24,645 bases of DNA. Source: a virus (lineage: Duplodnaviria; Caudoviricetes). Below are positions 8,641 to 16,288 of this stretch, piece after piece. The stretch is from positions 1 through 24,645 of the IMG/VR virus record IMGVR_UViG_3300037461_001246; one strand, written 5' to 3'. Below the pieces are notes generated by a model. The model saw only the letters and a list, made by a program, of their open reading frames with translations. It had not been told where the DNA came from and made no database searches. Every line of letters starts with the position of its first letter. Position 1 is the stretch's first letter. Made by a program: the position numbers and the translations under genes.

Positions 8641-10785
8641 TCACGCCCCCGAGACGATCTTGGCCAGCTGGTCCAGGCCGTCCTCCAGCTTCTTCAGTCG
8701 GCCCTGGACGTCCTCGAGGAGGGTGGCGGCCGCCTCGATCGCGGGGGCCTTGTCGGCCAGCCGGCCGAGCTGGGAGGCCGACTCCTCGACCGCCTTCGTC
8801 AGCTCCGGCACGGACTCGGCCACGGCGGTCGAAGCTTCGGCCATGCGGCGCGCCTCCTCCGCTCCGGTGGCCATGCCCTTCGCGCCGGAGGCGAGGGAGT
8901 CCTGGGTCTGCTTCAGCGCCTCGTTGTGGCGAGCGACGGCCTCCTCGAGGTTCCGGACCTCGCCGCCACCGACGGTGTCGCGGGAGTCCTTGGGGGCGCC
9001 GCCGGTCGGCGTGTACGCGACCTCCGGCGGCTTGTACGCGGTCTCAGGCCCGGCACCCGCCCCAGCGCCACCGCGCCGGCTGGCCCGCTTCCGCCCGTAC
9101 CGCCCGTGCCCCCGGAAGTCCGCCGTGAAGGTCTCCGCGTCCGTGTCCTCGTCGGACTCGGCGCCGAACCAGGAAGCCCCGCCCCCCGCGCGCCCGAACC
9201 CGAACCCGCCCGGTCCGACCGTCATGTCCTCGCCGGTCTCGATGCCGGTGTACCGGCGGGCCCCGAGCTCGCGCCGGCGCTTCCGCATGTGCAGCGCGCC
9301 CCGCCGCTCGGCCCGGTCCCGCGCCAGCCCCTTGTCCATGTGTGACCCGGTCCACCCGGCGCCGTGCTGGGCGGTCTCGCGCGCGGCCTCCTGCTCCTCC
9401 TTCTTGCGCTTGGCCGCCTGCTCGTCCTCCAGGCGCCACCGTTCTTGGAGGGCCTTCACGGCCTCCTCGTGACCCTCCCGTCGCTCGCGCCGGATCTCCT
9501 GCTCCCGCTCGAGCCGCGTCCGGGCCTCCTCGTTCTCGGCCTTGAGGAGCTCGATCGAGTGCCGGATCTCCTGGACCTGGCCCTCCTTCTCCTCGCGGGT
9601 CTGCCTCTCGCGCTCGTACCGCTCGGCGCTGATGACAGCCGACGCGGTCTCCGCGCTGTTGCCGGCCTCGACGAGGTCCTCGTACCGCTGGCGCTCCTCG
9701 ACGGCCTGGCGCTCGGCATCGGTCGAGGCGTAGAGGAGCTCCATGCGCCGGCGGGAACCGGTCTCGGCGCGCTCGGACTTCTCCGCCGCGGTCTTCTCCT
9801 TCTCAGCCGCCTGCTTCTCCCGCTCGAGGGCGATCTCCCGCCGCAGCCTCGCCTCGACCAGGCCGGCGAGGTCGCGCTCCCCGGCGGCCTGCAGCCGCCG
9901 GATCATCTCCACCTGGGAGGCGTGCTTCGCCTCCTCCTCGGTGAGCTGGGAGATCCGCAGGTACTGCTCGGCCTGCTCGCGGAGGGCGACCCGCTTGTCG
10001 GACGCGGCCTTCGCGATCGCCTCGTCCCGGGCCTTGACCGCGTCGGCGTCCTTCTTCGCCCGCTCGGCGGAGGCCTCGGCCTCCTTCGCCTGACGCTCGC
10101 GCTCCTTGGCGGCCCGCTCCGCGCCCTGCCGCTGGAGCTCGGCCTTGTAGATCGAGAGCCCGGACTTCAGCGCCATGTCCTCGCCGCTGGCGTCGCGGAG
10201 CTTCTGCTGGTTCTCGATCGACTTGCGCTCGGACTCGCTCTTGGCGTTGAGGAGAGCCGTCTCGTCCCGGAGGGCCTGGAGCCGGTCCTCGATCTTCTTC
10301 CTGCGCTCGGACTCGGCCTTCAGGGCCTCCTGGTTCCGCTTGACCTCCTCCTCCCAGGCGCGCTGCTGCTCCTCGCGGAGGCGCCGCTGCTGCTCGGCGG
10401 CCTCGGCGGACCTCTTCCCCAGGAGCCCGACCAGGCCCGTCACGACCGACAGGCCCGCCATGACCGGCCCGCCGGCCATGAACGCACCGAGGCCCTGGGA
10501 GACCATCTGCCCCAGCGCGCCGGCCGTCCCCTCGGCGTTCTGGGTCATCATCAGGAGCCCGGTCGCGACCTGGCCCGCGCCCCGCTTGAGGGTCTCCATG
10601 TGGAGGCCGGTCTTCCCGAAGCCGGCCATCTTCCGGTTGGCGGTCTCGGCGGACCCGGCGAGCCGGTCGAACTCCCGGCGGCCCGTCGCCCCCATCTTCT
10701 CGATGATCCCCGAGAGCATGTCCCGGGCCCGGACGACGACGGCAAGTTCGTGCTGGCTCGACTCAGGCACGGCGGGCGGCCTCAC
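8641..10785 (-). CDS. Tape measure protein, about 710 aa (alternative GTG start at 10770)
   Basis: Follows the chaperone frameshift pair. N-terminal ELAVVVRARD motif, Gly/Ala hydrophobic segments and a long E/R/K/A/Q helical region. Confidence 0.8.
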   Translation of the reverse strand: MRPPAVPESSQHELAVVVRARDMLSGIIEKMGATGRREFDRLAGSAETANRKMAGFGKTGLHMETLKRGAGQVATGLLMMTQNAEGTAGALGQMVSQGLGAFMAGGPVMAGLSVVTGLVGLLGKRSAEAAEQQRRLREEQQRAWEEEVKRNQEALKAESERRKKIEDRLQALRDETALLNAKSESERKSIENQQKLRDASGEDMALKSGLSIYKAELQRQGAERAAKERERQAKEAEASAERAKKDADAVKARDEAIAKAASDKRVALREQAEQYLRISQLTEEEAKHASQVEMIRRLQAAGERDLAGLVEARLRREIALEREKQAAEKEKTAAEKSERAETGSRRRMELLYASTDAERQAVEERQRYEDLVEAGNSAETASAVISAERYERERQTREEKEGQVQEIRHSIELLKAENEEARTRLEREQEIRRERREGHEEAVKALQERWRLEDEQAAKRKKEEQEAARETAQHGAGWTGSHMDKGLARDRAERRGALHMRKRRRELGARRYTGIETGEDMTVGPGGFGFGRAGGGASWFGAESDEDTDAETFTADFRGHGRYGRKRASRRGGAGAGAGPETAYKPPEVAYTPTGGAPKDSRDTVGGGEVRNLEEAVARHNEALKQTQDSLASGAKGMATGAEEARRMAEASTAVAESVPELTKAVEESASQLGRLADKAPAIEAAATLLEDVQGRLKKLEDGLDQLAKIVSGA

Positions 10786-11173
10786 GCTCGGCTGCGGTAC
10801 GGAGGCAAGTATGCCAGTGAGGGATCGCTACCTGGACCGCGTCGAGCCAAACCCGGGCCTGGTCCTCGATGCCACCGGGCGCGGGCAGGAACCCCGCTTC
10901 GTACGCCCGGAGCGATCGCAGGAAGTCACCGATCCACGGCTCCCAGAGTGCGGTCGGGCATCGGTCGAACCAGACGCGCCCCCTGACGCACTTCCCGCAG
11001 GAGCCGTCGCTGCACCGCCAGCACGGGACCGAGACCACCCCGTCCTGCCCCGGGCGCAGCACAGCGGGCCGGTCGCAGCCCCACTGCCGGCGTACCTCGA
11101 CGTCCCTGCATCCCTGACCGCACGTCATCGGGAGCAGCCCGAAGGCCGCCGAGATGGCGATTAGGATTTTCCC
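10763..11173 (-). CDS. Tail assembly chaperone, frameshifted (gpT-like) portion
   Basis: -1 frame entered at GGGAAAA: KILIAISAAF...GFLPAPGGIEDQ...; the LP-x-x-GG-x-x-DQ motif is typical of gpT-like chaperones. Confidence 0.8.
   Translation of the reverse strand, partial: GKILIAISAAFGLLPMTCGQGCRDVEVRRQWGCDRPAVLRPGQDGVVSVPCWRCSDGSCGKCVRGRVWFDRCPTALWEPWIGDFLRSLRAYEAGFLPAPGGIEDQARVWLDAVQVAIPHWHTCLRTAAEREAARRA
10808..10831 (-). promoter_or_regulatory. 14-bp motif copy 2 plus -10-like hexamer upstream of the tape measure gene
   Basis: Minus strand: GTAGCGATCCCTCA-CTGG-CATACT, embedded in gpT codons with atypical A/T third positions (GTA, CCT, CAT, ACT). Confidence 0.7.
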
Positions 11174-11571
11174 GCGTCGAGGTCCCCGAAGAGGTTCAGG
11201 TCCCGGATGGCGGCCGCGAGCTCGACCCGGTGCCGCGGCAGGAGGCAGGCGATCGTCTCGTCCGTGGGCGTCCCGCGATCGACGTCGGCCACCCCGTACT
11301 TCGGCCCGTTCGCCCAGTGCCAGGGACGGAGCCCCCCGCGCAGTAGCCGGAGGTCCAGGGTGCCGGGGTCCTCGCGGTCGTCCAGGCACCGGGACCACTC
11401 GTACGCCGTCAGGATCCCGAGGTGGAAGGTGACGGCCTTCTCCGCCCGCTTCCGGTTCTCCTCGGCGATCCGGGCCTGGTCCTCCTCGGATGCACCCGGG
11501 GGGACGGGTAGCGGACGCTCGTCCTCCAGGACGAAGGGGACGCGCTTCCTCGGGTCGATTGCGACGGGCAC
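11161..11571 (-). CDS. Tail assembly chaperone (gpG-like), 136 aa
   Basis: GTG 11571 with SD GGGAGG. Lies between tail tube and tape measure genes and ends ...DAGKS* over a slippery heptamer. Confidence 0.8.
   Translation of the reverse strand: MPVAIDPRKRVPFVLEDERPLPVPPGASEEDQARIAEENRKRAEKAVTFHLGILTAYEWSRCLDDREDPGTLDLRLLRGGLRPWHWANGPKYGVADVDRGTPTDETIACLLPRHRVELAAAIRDLNLFGDLDAGKS
11167..11173 (-). other. Programmed -1 ribosomal frameshift slippery site G-GGA-AAA
   Basis: X-XXY-YYZ heptamer encoding Gly-Lys just before the gpG stop; the -1 frame is open for 134 more codons; same arrangement as lambda G/GT. Confidence 0.85.
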
Positions 11572-11573
11572 GC

Positions 11574-11894
11574 TCAGCCTCCCTTCAACCACGCGGGCAA
11601 CTGCGACAGGACCCACCCGGCGATCGTCCCGACCCCGGCCGCGAGGGCGCTCGTGCGCCTCCGCGCCCCACGCTCCTCGGCGTGCTGCTCCTGGAGCTCC
11701 GACAGCGACTCGCACTGGGACCGGATCTTCTGGTCGTGGCCCTCGAGGCGCTGGTTCACCACGGCCAGGTCGGCGCGGTGTGTGGCGCACGGCAGATCGC
11801 GCCGCCAGTCCTCCATCGCCTTCCGGAGACCAGCGACCTCGCCGGCCAGCCCGTCGATCCGGGCACTGAGGAGCGTCACCGCCTGGTCGTCCAT
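11574..11894 (-). CDS. Small coiled-coil protein with C-terminal membrane segment (XhlA/holin-like), 106 aa
   Basis: ATG 11894 with SD AGGAGG; heptad-rich N-terminus, then ALAAGVGTIAGWVLSQLPAWL. The ORF-track extension to 12866 is an overlap with the tube gene. Confidence 0.65.
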   Translation of the reverse strand: MDDQAVTLLSARIDGLAGEVAGLRKAMEDWRRDLPCATHRADLAVVNQRLEGHDQKIRSQCESLSELQEQHAEERGARRRTSALAAGVGTIAGWVLSQLPAWLKGG

Positions 11895-11902
11895 GCGGCC
11901 TC

Positions 11903-13060
11903 CTACATCATCGAGATCAGGAACTCGTTGTCCCCGCGGGACACGTTCGGCGAGACGCACCCGAGCGTCACGCCGAGGACCTGGACGTCGCCCCTGGCCT
12001 GCTGGCGGACGGCGTCGTAGGAGAGGGCGCCGGCCCCGAGGATGATCTTGTTCCCCGCGGCGCTCCCGACCTGCATGCGCAGGTAGGAGGTCGTGGATGC
12101 CTGGAGCTTCGTCCACCAGTCGAAGTCCGCGACGAGCGTGGCCTCGGGGTCGATCGTGACCGTGGGCTCCCGCGAGCCAACCCGCACCGAGAGCACGCCC
12201 TTGACCGCGTGGGCGCTCTCCCGCGCCGTGACCTGGTTGCCGAGGTCGAAGTCGAGCCCGGCGATGATCGGGTTGATCGTGTCCAGGTAGATCCCCACGT
12301 CCACGACGGCGACCGGGACGGTGGCCTCGTGGGTCGGGTCGGGCATGGCGACGTCGGACGTGTCGTCGTAGACGCCGGTGAACTCGAAGCGGAGCATGGC
12401 GACCCCGCCGTTCTTGCAGGTCCCCTTCACCGTGCCGCGGGCCCCGTAGATCTTGTGGAGCAGCCCGTCGTGCCAGAAGGAGATCGTCGCCGAGGAGTCC
12501 CCGGTCGAGACCGGGCGGTAGTTGTAGCCCTGGGCCGCGGTCGGCGCACCCGAGGCCGTCGCGCTGGCACCCGAGCTCTCGCCCGTGATCACGTCCCCGT
12601 TCGCGAGGACCCCGGAGACGACCACGTACGGCAGGGGCGACGTGCCGGTGGGGATCCGGTCGACCACGATTCCCACGCCGGCCGAGGGCGCGCCCGTGAT
12701 CCGCTCGCCCGGGCGGAACGGCCCGGACGTCACCGCCCCGATCGCGATCGTGGAGATCGCCACCTCCTGCATCTTGCAGGCCTTCAGGCACTTCCCCCAG
12801 GACGGCGCCGTGGCGATCGACCCGGAGCCCTTCAGCTCGACGCCGAAGGAGATCTTCCCCATCCACTTCCCGGGGATGGAGGGGAGGGGCGTCAGGTACT
12901 TGCGGGCCGGGTTGCGCTTCGAGCGCTCGACCTGAGGCTCGAACTCGACGTCGTAGACGAGGAGGTCCGCGTCGGCCGCGGCGGGAGTCTCCGCCGTGCC
13001 CTCGGTGCCCTCAAGCTTGAACCCGATCTGCTGTGCTCTCTGGAGAAGTCCGCCGGCCAT
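11903..13060 (-). CDS. Major tail tube protein (Phage_tube_2-like), 385 aa
   Basis: K.EGTEGTAETP N-terminus, ISFGVELKGSG...P.WG..LKAC, HKIYGARG and FEFTG motifs; follows the tail terminator. Confidence 0.85.
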   Translation of the reverse strand: MAGGLLQRAQQIGFKLEGTEGTAETPAAADADLLVYDVEFEPQVERSKRNPARKYLTPLPSIPGKWMGKISFGVELKGSGSIATAPSWGKCLKACKMQEVAISTIAIGAVTSGPFRPGERITGAPSAGVGIVVDRIPTGTSPLPYVVVSGVLANGDVITGESSGASATASGAPTAAQGYNYRPVSTGDSSATISFWHDGLLHKIYGARGTVKGTCKNGGVAMLRFEFTGVYDDTSDVAMPDPTHEATVPVAVVDVGIYLDTINPIIAGLDFDLGNQVTARESAHAVKGVLSVRVGSREPTVTIDPEATLVADFDWWTKLQASTTSYLRMQVGSAAGNKIILGAGALSYDAVRQQARGDVQVLGVTLGCVSPNVSRGDNEFLISMM

Positions 13061-13075
13061 GGTGTGCCTCCGTCG

Positions 13076-13543
13076 TCAGACCGCGGTGTAGGGATCCGTC
13101 CGCGTCGTCCTGTATTCCACCTCGATGTCTAGCTGTACCTCGACCCAGGGCTCCTGGGGGTCGTCGGAGAAGATCACGTTCGAGACGAGCTTCGTCCCGA
13201 CCGCGTAGCCCCCGCGCTTGGCGTTCGCCAGGACGGCCTTCTCCATGTCCGCCAGGAAGCGATCCGCCTCGTCGGCCGCGCCGTCGCCGGCGCCCTCCGG
13301 AACCTCGAGCTCCCCCACGAGGGTCATGGGCAGCCTCCGGTTCACGTTGGGCCAGGCCAGCTCCTGGTAGGTCTCCCGCCCCGTGGCGATGCAGATGAAC
13401 GGGGTCGGTGCCGCCTGGGGCGCCACCAGTCCGCGGTACACCGCCCGGACGGTCGTCTGGTAGCCGTTCGCGGGCAGGATCGCCTCGAGCGCCGCCTTCA
13501 GGTTGGCGATCACGTTCCGGCGCGTGGAGAGGGGGGACGGCAC
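13076..13543 (-). CDS. Tail terminator/completion protein, 155 aa
   Basis: RRNVIANLKAALEAI..ANGY.T, PFICI..G.E and IEVEYRT...DP pattern; synteny. Confidence 0.75.
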   Translation of the reverse strand: MPSPLSTRRNVIANLKAALEAILPANGYQTTVRAVYRGLVAPQAAPTPFICIATGRETYQELAWPNVNRRLPMTLVGELEVPEGAGDGAADEADRFLADMEKAVLANAKRGGYAVGTKLVSNVIFSDDPQEPWVEVQLDIEVEYRTTRTDPYTAV

Positions 13544-13546
13544 GGG

Positions 13547-14164
13547 CTACCCTCCTCCCTTCCCGCCCACCTGGGTCGGAAACGGCGGCGGGTTCCCCAG
13601 CGACCGCGCGACGGCGTTCGGGAGGATGACCGCGCGCGTCGGGGCGTCCTCCTCAAAGCTCGCGCGGAAGTGCATGCGCGCGGGGATGGTCACGCGCCGC
13701 TTCGAGTACCAGCGGCCCCGCCGGTCCTTCCAGACGAGCATCCGGCGGGTGTAGGTGTACGTGCGCTCGCCGACCGTGAGCGCTCGACCGTCCGGCAGGG
13801 TGGCACGCAGGGCCGCCCGCTTCACCGTGATGGTCCGGTCGGTCTTCGCCTCGATCACCCCACCGGCCTCGTGGATCCAGGCGTACCGCGACCTGGTGAA
13901 GACCCGCGCCCCGACCGTCGCCACGTTCGACGGGTCCGACGTCAGGTCCGCCACCTCGAAGGACCGCGCCAGGTCGCCGGACTGGCGCTTCAGCCCGGGA
14001 CGGCCCCGCATGAACTTCCGCTGCCAGGGACCGTTCACGGCCGCGAACCCGCGGAGGTACCGGAGCAGGGCCCCGTGGAGCTCCTTCGCGAGGCGCTGGG
14101 GGAACCGCCGCAGCGCCTCGAAGGCGTCGTCCCCCTCGAACCCGGTGGTCACGCCGATGGCCAT
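13547..14164 (-). CDS. Neck/virion morphogenesis protein (HK97 gp10/Mu gpG-like), 205 aa
   Basis: QSGDLARS, YAWIHEAGGVI and VTIPAR motifs; Arg-rich; TGATG overlap with the upstream gene. Confidence 0.75.
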   Translation of the reverse strand: MAIGVTTGFEGDDAFEALRRFPQRLAKELHGALLRYLRGFAAVNGPWQRKFMRGRPGLKRQSGDLARSFEVADLTSDPSNVATVGARVFTRSRYAWIHEAGGVIEAKTDRTITVKRAALRATLPDGRALTVGERTYTYTRRMLVWKDRRGRWYSKRRVTIPARMHFRASFEEDAPTRAVILPNAVARSLGNPPPFPTQVGGKGGG

Positions 14165-14766
14165 CAGCGGTACCTCACGTACGGCGCGAGCTTCCGCAGC
14201 ACGTCCGGGAGGAGGTCCACCCCCGGCTCACCGAAGGACATGCTCGCCCCGCCACCGCTCTGGACGTTCGCCCCCAGGGTCGCCCGCCGCTGGAGCAGGT
14301 AGGCCACCTGCATCTCGCACGCGAGCGCCAGGTCCGGGTACCCCGCGACCAGGTTGGCGTCCGTGGCCGCGAGCCCGCCCGTCCACTTCACCCGCAGGAC
14401 CTGCGGCCCGCTCACCAGGGTCGGCCCGTAGAACTCCACGATCCCCAGGCGGGTGTTCGCCACGTAGTCGTCGGAGTCGACCAGGGACGAGGCCTCGGCG
14501 AAGTCGTCCGGGTCCAGGGCGTTGCGGACCTCGGTCAGGGCCGTGATCGGCCAGGCGGGGAGTTGGACGACCATCTGCCCCGGGCGGACGTCGAAGTCCC
14601 GGGTCCGCTCCTCGAGGAAGAACTCGCGGCCGCAGTGGCGCTCGAAGGCGGCCGAGACCTCGGGGATCAGCTGGGTGAGGAGCGTGTCCGCCGCGGTCCA
14701 TGACTTCCCGCCGACCTCCAGGAAGGCCTTCACCCGGGCCGCGGTGGTCAGCGAGAGAACGGTCAC
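14164..14766 (-). CDS. Head-tail connector (gp6/gp15-like adaptor), 200 aa
   Basis: LTT.ARVKAFL...DTLLTQLI..VS..FERHCGR.F...PDLALAC...LAPY pattern; SD GGGAGG. Confidence 0.85.
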   Translation of the reverse strand: MTVLSLTTAARVKAFLEVGGKSWTAADTLLTQLIPEVSAAFERHCGREFFLEERTRDFDVRPGQMVVQLPAWPITALTEVRNALDPDDFAEASSLVDSDDYVANTRLGIVEFYGPTLVSGPQVLRVKWTGGLAATDANLVAGYPDLALACEMQVAYLLQRRATLGANVQSGGGASMSFGEPGVDLLPDVLRKLAPYVRYR

Positions 14767-14784
14767 GGCGAGGCCCTCCCGGCG

Positions 14785-14949
14785 TCAGTTGTGGGGCGGG
14801 CGCCTCCGCCGGCGGCACCCGCAGGGCTCCTCCCGCCCGCGGTGCATGCGATCCCACGTCCCGCCCGGACGCGGTCGAGCCTGCGCCTTCCCACCCTTGG
14901 GCTCGGGCGCAGGCTCGCGCTCGGACTTCTGGTCCTCCTGTCGGCTCAC
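14785..14949 (-). CDS. Small basic hypothetical protein, 54 aa
   Basis: Below the ORF-track cutoff. GTGA overlap with the upstream stop; MSRQEDQKSEREPAPEPKGGKAQARPRPGGTWDRMHRGREEPCGCRRRRRPPHN*; fills the gap almost exactly. Confidence 0.6.
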   Translation of the reverse strand: MSRQEDQKSEREPAPEPKGGKAQARPRPGGTWDRMHRGREEPCGCRRRRRPPHN

Positions 14950-15362
14950 GCGAAGCCGACGGTCAGGTCCGCGGCCGCCTCGGGCTGGCTCGTCTCGCCG
15001 CCCCGGCAGACGTAGGCGGACGCGCAGTAGAAGGTGTCGGTCCCGACCGTGAAGACCAGCCGGAGCCAGCGCTTCACGTTCCGCGTCGCGACGCGGATCA
15101 CCTTCTGCCCGGCGTTCGTCGTGATCTGGGGGAGGGCCCCCGAGGTCACGTCGCCGTAGGACGCCGGCGCCCCGGCCCCGTTGTCGTCGCTCTCCTGGAG
15201 CTTGACGTCGAGGGTGGCGCCGGCCGCCGGGGCCCCCGCGTAGACCAGGAACTCGACGATCTCGTAGCCGGCGCCGTCGACGTCCGTGCCGTTGTGGGCC
15301 GCGACGGCCGCGTTCTGCGGCTCGAGCTCCTCGCCGAACTTCACCGCCCTGTTCTCGCGCAT
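14946..15362 (-). CDS. Capsid cement/decoration protein, Bbp16-like, 138 aa
   Basis: NGTDVD..GYE...TLDVKLQESDD...KRWLRL beta-sandwich pattern; located after the capsid gene. Confidence 0.65.
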   Translation of the reverse strand: MRENRAVKFGEELEPQNAAVAAHNGTDVDGAGYEIVEFLVYAGAPAAGATLDVKLQESDDNGAGAPASYGDVTSGALPQITTNAGQKVIRVATRNVKRWLRLVFTVGTDTFYCASAYVCRGGETSQPEAAADLTVGFA

Positions 15363-15421
15363 CTCAGGATCTCCGTTTCTCGGTTGCCCCGCTCAGCGCG
15401 GGATCAGGACCAGACCTTCGA

Positions 15422-15823
15422 TCAGGCCTCGACGAACCCGCAGAGCTGGCAGTAGCAGTCGCCCGTCGCGGACTGCAGCTGGTAGCCCAGGGCCTTCGCG
15501 ACCGTGCACTCGACGGGCGGGTCGAAGTCCACGACCTTCTCCCCCATCGACGCCGCGGAGACGCACTGCGGCACGAGCGTCAGGACGACGGCCGGCGTGC
15601 CCGCCGGGTCCTCCACGATCTCCGCCACCGGGTACTCCCCGGCGGTCTTGTTGGCGAGCAGCACCTTCGTGATCCAGTGCCGCTTCGAGGCGACGGCCGC
15701 CTTGAGCAGGATCGGGGCCGCGCCGGTGTTCACCGCCGCCGCCCCGCCGGCCACGAAAGGCTTCACCGCGACCCACGCGCCCGCGCTGTCGAGGAGCTTC
15801 CCGTTCTTGAACGTGCTGCACAT
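15422..15823 (-). CDS. Putative head decoration protein, paralog B, 133 aa
   Basis: SD AAAGGA; shares KAAVA.KRHWIT, NKT..E.P, F.PP.E and GDCY....G.VE with the neighbouring gene. Confidence 0.75.
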   Translation of the reverse strand: MCSTFKNGKLLDSAGAWVAVKPFVAGGAAAVNTGAAPILLKAAVASKRHWITKVLLANKTAGEYPVAEIVEDPAGTPAVVLTLVPQCVSAASMGEKVVDFDPPVECTVAKALGYQLQSATGDCYCQLCGFVEA

Positions 15824-15856
15824 GGAAGTCGGTTCCTTTCCGCCAGCCCTCAGGGG

Positions 15857-16231
15857 CTAGTCCTCGACGTAGCCGACGATCGTGACGTAGCAGTCGCCCA
15901 CCGCGGCGACCGCCGCCCCGTCGATCTTGAGGCCGGCGGCGACCTCGATCGGCGGGTTGAACTCCACGAAGTCGCCGCCCGGGCTCACGTCCGGGTCGCC
16001 CGGGCAGAGCGCCGCGAGCAGCGTCGGCGTGCCGTCGTACAGTTGCACGGTCGGCGTCTCGGCGCTGGTCTTGTTGACCGCCTTCGCGGCGGTGATCCAG
16101 TGGCGCTTGCCGGCCACGGCGGCCTTGATCGCGCGCTTGGTCGTGTCGTCGATCAGCGTCCCGTTGATCGCCGAGAACGGCGTCACGGGAGCGCCGTCGA
16201 TCTGGTGCTTCCCGAAGTTGATCGAGCCCAT
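15857..16231 (-). CDS. Putative head decoration protein, paralog A, 124 aa
   Basis: ATG 16231 with SD GGGAGG; directly after the major capsid gene; paralogous to 15422-15823. Confidence 0.75.
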   Translation of the reverse strand: MGSINFGKHQIDGAPVTPFSAINGTLIDDTTKRAIKAAVAGKRHWITAAKAVNKTSAETPTVQLYDGTPTLLAALCPGDPDVSPGGDFVEFNPPIEVAAGLKIDGAAVAAVGDCYVTIVGYVED

Positions 16232-16243
16232 GTCGGTCCTCCC

Positions 16244-16280
16244 GGTCAGGGGCCCGGGTGACACGCCCGGGCCCGCGACC
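16244..16280 (-). other. GC-rich stem-loop after the major capsid gene (mRNA-stabilising or attenuating)
   Basis: gggcccggg (16250-16258) pairs with cccgggccc (16266-16274) around a 7-nt loop, extended by ggtc/gacc; followed by an SD rather than a U-tract. Confidence 0.55.
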
Positions 16281-16288
16281 GTCTACGG

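Noticed and set aside
3340-10920. Near-matches to the dyad core at 3340-3349 (cgcgatcgct) and 10911-10920 (agcgatcgca)
   Set aside because: GCGATCGC is common in GC-rich coding DNA; the flanks do not match and no -10 box follows at the expected spacing.
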